In this document: positions 56,804-64,000 of the stretch, piece by piece
Position numbering within the stretch: position 1 is the first letter of the stretch
Layout of the letters: each line of letters begins with the position of its first letter
Virus genome (UHGV): UHGV-0204105
Direction: 5' to 3' (one strand)
DNA from: a virus
Length of the DNA: 64,000 nucleotides
Program-made: the position numbers and the translations under genes
Notes under the pieces: model-generated
Told to the model about the DNA's origin: nothing
The model's database searches: none
What the model saw: the letters and a program-made list of their open reading frames with translations, nothing else

Positions 56804-57268
56804 ATGGCAAAACTCACACCATTTCAAAAAATAAGCGGGAAGCTTGTACGGGCTAAAGTTTTCCGGAATACTGCAATTCTGAAGTACAACTTTAAAACTT
56901 ACGACTGGGAGACGGGCGAAGACGCAACGACAACGATTACAAGGGAAATTCAGTGTTACCCGCCAGAGCAAGTTAATCAGCGGCTTGTTGACGGCAAGAA
57001 TTATCTTTCCGACGATCAGATTATGCGTATACCTTACACAGAGATTCTAAATTCACGGGCGGCGCAAGATGGCGACCCTGTAATCACGAATAACGGAAAG
57101 ACAAAAACGCTCGAAGAGATGCGCCCTTACAACGCGACTACAGGAGGGATTGCTACAACGACGGATACACTAGAATTCAGCGGAAAGGCTTACCATATTG
57201 CGGCGGTTCGTGGTGATACGTGGATGGGCAACGCTCCGGCAGATTACTACTTTACTTTACGCGGGTGA
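56804..57268 (+). CDS. Head closure protein
   Basis: TYDWETG motif; position. Confidence 0.55.
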   Translation: MAKLTPFQKISGKLVRAKVFRNTAILKYNFKTYDWETGEDATTTITREIQCYPPEQVNQRLVDGKNYLSDDQIMRIPYTEILNSRAAQDGDPVITNNGKTKTLEEMRPYNATTGGIATTTDTLEFSGKAYHIAAVRGDTWMGNAPADYYFTLRG

Positions 57269-57272
57269 TAAG

Positions 57273-57686
57273 ATGGAATTTGACATGACGGACCCCGACG
57301 GACTGAAGAGATTTGAGCGTAAAGTTGAAGACAGGGTTACACATTTTGCGCGAACTGCAATGGTTGAGGCGTTCAGGCGTTTGTCTCAGCAAACTCCAGT
57401 TGATACAGGCAACGCGCGTTGGAACTGGTGGTGTTCAATTGGAACAATTGATTACAATTACGAGTATCACCCTTACTTGACGATTGACTGGGGAAGAGCA
57501 AATAGAGTTTTTATACAAATTAAAGCTGGCGATACGCTCTATCTTGCCAATTCGACACCCTACATAAAGCGGTTGAACGAGGGATGGAGCAAACAAAAGC
57601 CAGCGCGGTTTGTGGAAATGACCGTTGAGGGCGTGGAAAACGACGTAAAAAAATACGCAGAACAAGCAATCAGGGAGAATCCGTAA
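57273..57686 (+). CDS. HK97 gp10-like neck/tail completion protein
   Basis: TPVDTGNARWNW...N..PYI.RLNEGWSKQ.P..FVE. Confidence 0.75.
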   Translation: MEFDMTDPDGLKRFERKVEDRVTHFARTAMVEAFRRLSQQTPVDTGNARWNWWCSIGTIDYNYEYHPYLTIDWGRANRVFIQIKAGDTLYLANSTPYIKRLNEGWSKQKPARFVEMTVEGVENDVKKYAEQAIRENP

Positions 57687-57687
57687 A

Positions 57688-58131
57688 ATGGCGATTGACG
57701 ACGAGATTATCAGGAACGCAATGAGGGCGCGAATCATCAAGAATAATATTTTTGATGAGAGCGATTTTCAGTTTGAAAACGTGAAGTTTGACCCGTCGGG
57801 TAAAAATTTGTGGGTCCGTGAAACATGGATTGGCGGCGATGAGGAAATCTACTCGACGGCAAGCACGCGCATGGCAACGGCACTTGTTGAGTATGATATT
57901 TACGCAAAAGCGGACACAGGAACCTTGCGTTGCGGACGGGCGGCACTGGCAATTGAAAATGAGTTCAACCTACTTACAGAGGGAGCAATTATCACCGTTG
58001 CTAATCATCCTGAACTTGACATTATGGTGTACAAGACGGGTGTAAATACGCGCTCGGAAGATACATGGTATGTCCAGTCCGTATTGCTGTATTTGAGGGT
58101 TATAAACCGTCAGAATTTGTCGCAAGGTTGA
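57688..58131 (+). CDS. Tail terminator
   Basis: FENVKFDP....WVR; position before the tail tube gene. Confidence 0.6.
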   Translation: MAIDDEIIRNAMRARIIKNNIFDESDFQFENVKFDPSGKNLWVRETWIGGDEEIYSTASTRMATALVEYDIYAKADTGTLRCGRAALAIENEFNLLTEGAIITVANHPELDIMVYKTGVNTRSEDTWYVQSVLLYLRVINRQNLSQG

Positions 58132-58277
58132 CAAGGTTTTCTTAGGTAACTTGATTTTTTTTAGAGGGGAGCTGTTCCCACGATTGAGGCGGGACTTGCT
58201 TCAGTCGCTCCCCTCGATTTTTAGGGGAAAACAAGGTTTTTGAACATAAAAACAAGCACAAAGACAGGAGAAAAAAG

Positions 58278-59165
58278 ATGTCTAAAGCTGATGGAATCGA
58301 ATCAAGAGCGCTTGATATCAAGGCGGTTTTCAAGGCAAGCGGAGATGAAGCAATCGCGCTTGAGTGGACAAATGAGGAACTTCCGGGCGCGGGTTCCCCT
58401 GAATCGTGGAGCATGCTTACGGACCAGAAGAGAATCAAAGAAACAGGCATGGGCGGCGAGATGAACAACGTTACGCTGACTTGTCCTTTTGACCTTGCGC
58501 TCTACAAAAAATTTCTCGGTTACAATCTCGACGGCAAGGAAGGTATCTTGACTTTCAGTTCAAAATACACTGAAAAGTCTTCCTCCTACAAAGTCGGCGT
58601 TGGCGCAATCGGTTTCAACTCAAACAACCCGAACAGCGCGTTTGAATTCACTGTGAATTTCATTGTCAAGGATGTTTCCACCGACAGCGCGGGTGATGCG
58701 ACTTTTGACGCAAATTCTATTAAGGAGACTCGCGCTCTTGACTGGAAAGTGTCGTTCTCTCTTGAGGCTGGTTCTGAGACCACTCAAACGGCTGTTACAG
58801 ATACTCAACTCGAGTGGACGAACCTTGCGTTTCCGGGCATGGAAGACCCCGAATCGTGGACGCTCCGAAGCGACAGAAAGCTTTACAAGGAAAGCGGAAT
58901 CGGCGGCAATTATACGGATGTCCAAGTCACGGTACCTTACATCGAGGAGAATCACGCAAAATATCTCCAGTACAACCGCGACGGGCGACAGGGAACGCTC
59001 ACTTACACGCATAAAACTGCGTCTCCGGCGCGTTCTATTTCCTTCAAGATTGGTTTTGGTGAAGTCGGCAACGCGTCTTCCGCTCCTAACGGAGGAATGG
59101 AACACACGATTGGCTTTATCGTCAAGTCCTGTGACCAAGTCACAAAGACTCAGGAAACAGAATAA
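58278..59165 (+). CDS. Major tail tube protein with an internal duplication
   Basis: Two halves share RALD.K..F, LEWTN...PG...PESW, KE.G.GG and FIVK; precedes the chaperone and TMP genes. Confidence 0.65.
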   Translation: MSKADGIESRALDIKAVFKASGDEAIALEWTNEELPGAGSPESWSMLTDQKRIKETGMGGEMNNVTLTCPFDLALYKKFLGYNLDGKEGILTFSSKYTEKSSSYKVGVGAIGFNSNNPNSAFEFTVNFIVKDVSTDSAGDATFDANSIKETRALDWKVSFSLEAGSETTQTAVTDTQLEWTNLAFPGMEDPESWTLRSDRKLYKESGIGGNYTDVQVTVPYIEENHAKYLQYNRDGRQGTLTYTHKTASPARSISFKIGFGEVGNASSAPNGGMEHTIGFIVKSCDQVTKTQETE

Positions 59166-59213
59166 TCGCAAAAATACGCCATAACATCAACAAACCGAAG
59201 GAGGCACAAAAAT

Positions 59214-60007
59214 ATGGCTATTGATTTGTCTACTGTAAAGGCACTGGAAGTTCCCACGAAGGAAATCAGCGTCAAAGTCGGTGAAAAGGTTCAGAAGCTC
59301 ACAATCCATCCTTTCAAGGGGCGCGGACGCGTGGCACTGCACGAGTTTAATGTTGAGTTTGCCGGGGCTGGCGAACAGCTTGAAACACTGGCGCTTGTCT
59401 ATGGTGCTGACATGTCGGAAATTCAGGCAAAATTTCTGCTTGACAATGCGCCGGAAACTGCTCTTGAAATTTCTCAAGCGGTTTGGGAATTCAATCATGA
59501 ATACTCCGAAAAAGTCAAGGCTGAACGCGAAGAAGCAAAAAAAAAATCCGTAACGGCGGCGACGGAGACGAATACGCCGAACTGATTTTGCTCGCTTCTG
59601 AATACAAGGATTTGAGTATCCTTAAAAAGCCGCTCTCGGTCCGTGATGTAATCTGGCTGAGGGCGGCGTCTTTTTGTGAAAAAGAGCTGGAAATCAAGGA
59701 GAAAGACTGCTTGCTGAAGCAAGTCGGCACTCTTTACAGCGACATGTACATGTTGGGGTTGGATTTGCGGGCTATGCTTATTGACATTGATAATCTTTCC
59801 CGTGCGGAATACTCTGGAAAGATGTTTGACGAGCGCAACTTGCCATCCGTCATTGCGGAGCGACGGAAATTTATCAAGACACACCGGAAAAAACGTGCGG
59901 ACGAATATTCCGACGCGGAACGGAAGGAGCGCGTTGAAGCAGTTCTGACAGGCAAAAAGACAGTAAAACAGCTCGAGGAGTGGGTTGAAATCGAAGAAGA
60001 CTTGTAA
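59214..60007 (+). CDS. Tail assembly chaperone G (59214-59585) and GT via a -1 frameshift (to 60007)
   Basis: A10 run at 59537-59546; the -1 frame is open (IRNGGDGDEYAELILLASEYK) into ORF 59588-60007. Confidence 0.75.
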
Positions 60008-60046
60008 TATATTACAGTGCTCTTCTCCCCCTTATGAAGAAGAGTA

Positions 60047-60086
60047 GCGGGGAGCGCTCCCCCTCGTTGCGCTCCTCGCTTTTTTT
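60047..60086 (+). terminator. Intrinsic terminator
   Basis: GCGGGGAGCGC...GCGCTCCTCGC-TTTTTTT. Confidence 0.65.
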
Positions 60087-60088
60087 AT

Positions 60089-60688
60089 TTACTTGCGAAG
60101 GAAAAGAAATACAGTAAGCGCCATCCCGCATAAGGCTATAAAAAAGATTCCCAGCAATATGGCGAACACAATTCTAGCGGCTGTATACATTTTGCGTGTT
60201 TCTACATTTGTGCAAAGAGCTTTTAAAAACCAGCCAGCCCATAGCGCGGCAATGCAATATAAACCACCCCTGTGGATTTGAGTTAAACAAAAAATGTTGG
60301 CTATTACCATTCCACCACATATAAAATAACGTCCTAAATAGGCTTCTGCAAGTCCCCAGTTTCCAAAGAAAAAAGCAAGCAAAACATATATTGCTCTATT
60401 GATTGGTTTTGACCCTTTTATCCATTCGCCACAATGACTACACTTTTTTGCGCCGGATGGTATTTCTGCAAAACAAAACGGACATTTTGTAAGTGTTTCT
60501 TGTTCTTGATGTGCAGAGGGATGTTGATGCTGTTGTTCTATGTTTTTTGGCTGTTCCGGAGTGTGAACGGGCTTTTGATTTGAAATCTCGAATTTCTTTG
60601 AGCATTTTTGGCAAGTGATTGTTTCCCCGTTGAATTCATCGTCGCAGTCATATCCTTGCCCACAATGAGGGCATGAAATCTTAATCAT
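60089..60688 (-). CDS. Zn-ribbon plus TM2-like membrane protein (moron)
   Basis: CPHC..CQKC; CPFC.AEI...AKKCSHCGEW; YVLLAFFFG.WG....YLG; opposite strand, AT-rich. Confidence 0.75.
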   Translation of the reverse strand: MIKISCPHCGQGYDCDDEFNGETITCQKCSKKFEISNQKPVHTPEQPKNIEQQHQHPSAHQEQETLTKCPFCFAEIPSGAKKCSHCGEWIKGSKPINRAIYVLLAFFFGNWGLAEAYLGRYFICGGMVIANIFCLTQIHRGGLYCIAALWAGWFLKALCTNVETRKMYTAARIVFAILLGIFFIALCGMALTVFLFLRK

Positions 60689-60791
60689 TTTCTCTCTCCT
60701 TTTGATTGGTCGGTTATTTTAAAATAGCACGTTCATAGGATATTTGCAAGTTGACAATTTGCCCTTTTAAAAATAACTGAGGAGATTTTAA

Positions 60792-63700
60792 ATGCCTACT
60801 GACATTACCACGCTTGCGATTGAGTGTAAAACGAACGACGCTATTTCCAGTGTGAAAAATTTTTCCGGAGAAATGGAGCGCGGAAGAAAGACAGCGGAAA
60901 GGTTCAAGAAAACCATTGCCGGAGCGTTTTCGACTGCGGCGGTTGCTCGTTTTGTGAAGTCCTCCATTGCGTCTTATACAGCCCTTGAAAACAGCTCGCG
61001 CGTATTCGCGGCGGTATATCGAGATAATGCAATGACCGCAAAAAAAGCACTTGAGCAATTCCGCTCTGAGATGCATCTTACGACTGGACAAGCACAAAAA
61101 ATGCTTGGAATGACTGGAAATCTGTTGACTGGATTTGGCTTTACACAGTCGGAGGCTTTGAAACTCTCCACATCTTTGGCGCGTATCGGCGCGGACTTGG
61201 CGGCATATCGCGGTTACGCTGGAGGAGCTGAAGGGGCGACGATGGCTTTGACTCAAGCGATGTTCGGAGAGACGGAACGGGCGAAAATGCTCGGTATTGT
61301 TATACGCCAAAATTCAAAAGATTTTCAGAGTTTGACTAAAAGCTTGATGAATTCGCATGGCTATACTGAAAGCATGGCTAAGGCTATAGCTACGATTCAA
61401 ATCATCGAAAAACAGGCGGCGAACGCTTCAGGCGCGGCGACAATGGACACGATGGCAAATGCAATGAAACGCGCCGGAAGTGAAATCCAGGCTTTGCGCG
61501 AGAACGTCGGAAAATATTTTGCCGATGATGTAAAAACTGGCGTTAATGTTGTTCGTGATCTGGCGAAAGCATTCAATGAACTCAACCCTACGACGCAAGA
61601 ATTTATCGTAAAAACGGGCGCGATTGTTGCTGGTATGGGAGCATGGAGAACGGCGGCGGGGGCGTTGAACATTGCGCAAGCGTTGAACAACAAACTCACG
61701 GCTGACGGGGTGGGGAAAAAGACTGAATCTGTGAGGGCAACGGTTGGCGAAACGGCGGCGGTGAAAGCTGAGACAAAAGCTCTCCAGTTGCAGAATACAG
61801 TAAAAAAAGAAGAGCTAAGCCTTAAAGACAAGGAAGACAAGTTTAGCGCCGCTAAAGTCCATTACGAAGGAGCGAGGCGCGAGGCGCGTGGATGGTATCG
61901 AGCTCAGGATACAGCATTGGCGAATCTCAACGCGGCTCGGGCGGCGCTTGGCGGGATTGACAGAGCGGAAGACCCGCTCCGATACGGGGAACAACTGACT
62001 AAAATCAAGGAGTTGAAAGAGCATTACAAAGGTTTTACGCCATACGTCAACAAGGCTACGGATGCTCTGAACAAGGCAGATGATGCGCTTGCGGCGGCTG
62101 GAAGAGCTGTTGAAAAGCAAAAACTCGCGTTGCAGAACGCAACTTTTGTGGCAAAAGCTGGAAGCGCGGCGATTGACAAAGTCGGAGTGTCAGCACAAAA
62201 AACGGCGGTTAAACTCACGCTTGCACAAAGGGCAACAAATGGATTTAAAACCGGAATCGGAAAAATCGGGCGCGGAATTGGGATGGGACTTGATTTCCTC
62301 GGTCCGGTCGGGCTTGGCTTGATTGGCTTTGAGGCGGTAAAAGCGATTTATGATGAGTTTGACATATCGGGAGCTAGGGCTGTAGAGACGGCACAAAAAA
62401 ATATCGATGCGGATATGCGGCAACTTGAAACATTGCGCGAGAGAGAGCGCACGATGAAATCAACCTTTGCAACGTATCAGAAGAATCTCGAAGTCCTTTC
62501 CGCTCTAAGCAAAGAAGAGCAATTGACTAATCGCGGGCGAAAAGCGGCAATTGAGATTATTGAAAGCCTCAAAAAAGCGAACATTGACCTAGGCGCGGTA
62601 TACGACGAAAACTCGGGGAAGCTTACGCTTGCGGCAGATGCGCAAAACAGGCTGAATGAAAAGCGAAAACAGGCGGTAAAAGCAAACCTTGAAGCGCAAT
62701 TGAAGTCAGAACAGGCGGTTGCTAAAGGGCTTTCGGATAAGCTGAATCTCAAGATGGCAGAAAAAGATATAAGTAAGAGTGATATCCTGCAACTTGGCGC
62801 TACAAAGGGAGCGAAGGCTGTCGTTAAGTCGCTGTTTACACTAAGTACAGCCCCTATTGAAGAGCTTGATAAAGAGCTTGATGAAGTGCGCAATAAGAAG
62901 ACTAAGGAAATGGAATCTATATCTGAGGCGCAGGATGCGAATATTGCGCGTATTAAAGCAATCAGAGAACAGCTCAAAGCACTTGATGATAGCGAAGGTG
63001 AAAATGCCGCTCAAAAAACGATTGAATTCGCTAAACAGGAAATCCAGCTGAAAGAGCAATTGAGGCTGAAACAGGAGATGTACAAGTTTGACAGCCTTGA
63101 AACATCTGCTGACAAGATGGCGGCCATCCAAGACCGGATTAGAACACAAAAGAGCAAGATTACGGAATATCGACAAAACGCGATTGCTGGTGTTGCGCTT
63201 GAGCCGGGACAGACGGAAAGCTGGGAGGCAAAACGGCTGAAAGCGGAAAGCAAGCTTATTGACCTACAGAGGCAGGAAAGAGCAATCGGGAAAGAACGCG
63301 CCAATGACATCAAGCTGTATTCGGAAATGCAGTTTGATATTAACATGCATAACGCAAAAAGTCTCAAAGAGCAAGTCGACTTGATGAAGCAGCGGCAAGC
63401 AGTTTATAAGTCTGAAATGGAAACAGCCGCCAAAAACTACGACATTCAGAAGTTTAATACTGCGGCAGAAAAATATAAACAGGGGGCGCAAGAAATTGAC
63501 GAAATGATGAGCGGCAATCGGCGTCCCGGCTGGACGGTTACAAGCTCGGCGGCGTTGCGCTATGGCACAATGGAGGCATACAGGGAGCAAAATAAAGTTT
63601 ACGACAAAGACGGCGACAATAGGCAAGAGCGCAACAAGTCGTACAAGACGATTAACGAGTATTTGCCTGTGTTGACGCAAAATCTTATTAAGCAGGGCTT

Positions 63701-64000
63701 GGCGATGACAGAAAAAGAGGAGAACTATAACAAACGACAAGAAAGCATAGCAAAGCAGACGGTGAAAGAGGCTATCAAAGAGCAGATTAAAGCACCTGCT
63801 CAACCTCTGCAAAAAAAGATAGAGGAAGTGGACTATACAAAGTCTTACACCCCTGAAGAGCAAAAATTAACGCCTTACTTTGATAAAGCTCTTGAAGCTG
63901 TTATGGTTGACCCTGAAGCGGAGCGCATGAAGGAAGCTAAACAGATTGCAAGCAACGCCGCTGTTGAAGCTTTTGCAAAAGCTGTGGAAGTGGCAAAAAA
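60792..64000 (+). CDS. Tape measure protein (partial, runs off the window)
   Basis: GAGGAG RBS; MPTDITTLAIECK...; Ala-rich helical frame with GETERAKMLGIVI; absent from the ORF track, consistent with having no stop in the window. Confidence 0.8.
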   Translation, partial: MPTDITTLAIECKTNDAISSVKNFSGEMERGRKTAERFKKTIAGAFSTAAVARFVKSSIASYTALENSSRVFAAVYRDNAMTAKKALEQFRSEMHLTTGQAQKMLGMTGNLLTGFGFTQSEALKLSTSLARIGADLAAYRGYAGGAEGATMALTQAMFGETERAKMLGIVIRQNSKDFQSLTKSLMNSHGYTESMAKAIATIQIIEKQAANASGAATMDTMANAMKRAGSEIQALRENVGKYFADDVKTGVNVVRDLAKAFNELNPTTQEFIVKTGAIVAGMGAWRTAAGALNIAQALNNKLTADGVGKKTESVRATVGETAAVKAETKALQLQNTVKKEELSLKDKEDKFSAAKVHYEGARREARGWYRAQDTALANLNAARAALGGIDRAEDPLRYGEQLTKIKELKEHYKGFTPYVNKATDALNKADDALAAAGRAVEKQKLALQNATFVAKAGSAAIDKVGVSAQKTAVKLTLAQRATNGFKTGIGKIGRGIGMGLDFLGPVGLGLIGFEAVKAIYDEFDISGARAVETAQKNIDADMRQLETLRERERTMKSTFATYQKNLEVLSALSKEEQLTNRGRKAAIEIIESLKKANIDLGAVYDENSGKLTLAADAQNRLNEKRKQAVKANLEAQLKSEQAVAKGLSDKLNLKMAEKDISKSDILQLGATKGAKAVVKSLFTLSTAPIEELDKELDEVRNKKTKEMESISEAQDANIARIKAIREQLKALDDSEGENAAQKTIEFAKQEIQLKEQLRLKQEMYKFDSLETSADKMAAIQDRIRTQKSKITEYRQNAIAGVALEPGQTESWEAKRLKAESKLIDLQRQERAIGKERANDIKLYSEMQFDINMHNAKSLKEQVDLMKQRQAVYKSEMETAAKNYDIQKFNTAAEKYKQGAQEIDEMMSGNRRPGWTVTSSAALRYGTMEAYREQNKVYDKDGDNRQERNKSYKTINEYLPVLTQNLIKQGLAMTEKEENYNKRQESIAKQTVKEAIKEQIKAPAQPLQKKIEEVDYTKSYTPEEQKLTPYFDKALEAVMVDPEAERMKEAKQIASNAAVEAFAKAVEVAK

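Noticed and set aside
60714..63863. Minus-strand ORFs listed over the last 3 kb
   Set aside because: Antisense shadows of the plus-strand tape measure frame

Overview
Nearly the whole genome of a temperate, long-tailed (siphovirus-like) phage, seen in its excised or circular form. An attP with a tRNA-Gly 3' core and arm-type repeats sits next to a tyrosine integrase in mid-window. Gene order: distal tail and receptor-binding genes (0.5-12.4 kb), a lysis-position module with no recognisable endolysin (12.4-15.3 kb), an accessory region with a five-gene low-complexity cassette (18.0-21.3 kb), attP/int/repressor switch (21.4-23.7 kb), recombination, replication, methylation and nucleotide genes (24-41 kb), a PP-loop/PAPS-reductase-like module (41.6-43.0 kb), then packaging, head and tail genes (45-64 kb), with the tape measure running off the right edge. 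Main highlights: (1) a 'fractured' MuF/gp7-like head gene carrying a naturally split intein around a free-standing HNH gene, with IntN/IntC charges reversed relative to DnaE-type split inteins; (2) a class-3-type (Ala1, W-C-T) intein in the TerL Walker A; (3) the uncharacterised five-gene cassette; (4) a small peptide gene facing a PP-loop enzyme and partner; (5) a recurrent GTTGACAA motif upstream of late genes. The lipoproteins suggest a diderm host, possibly PVC-group; this is inference only. All product calls come from recognising motifs and gene context by eye, with no database search.
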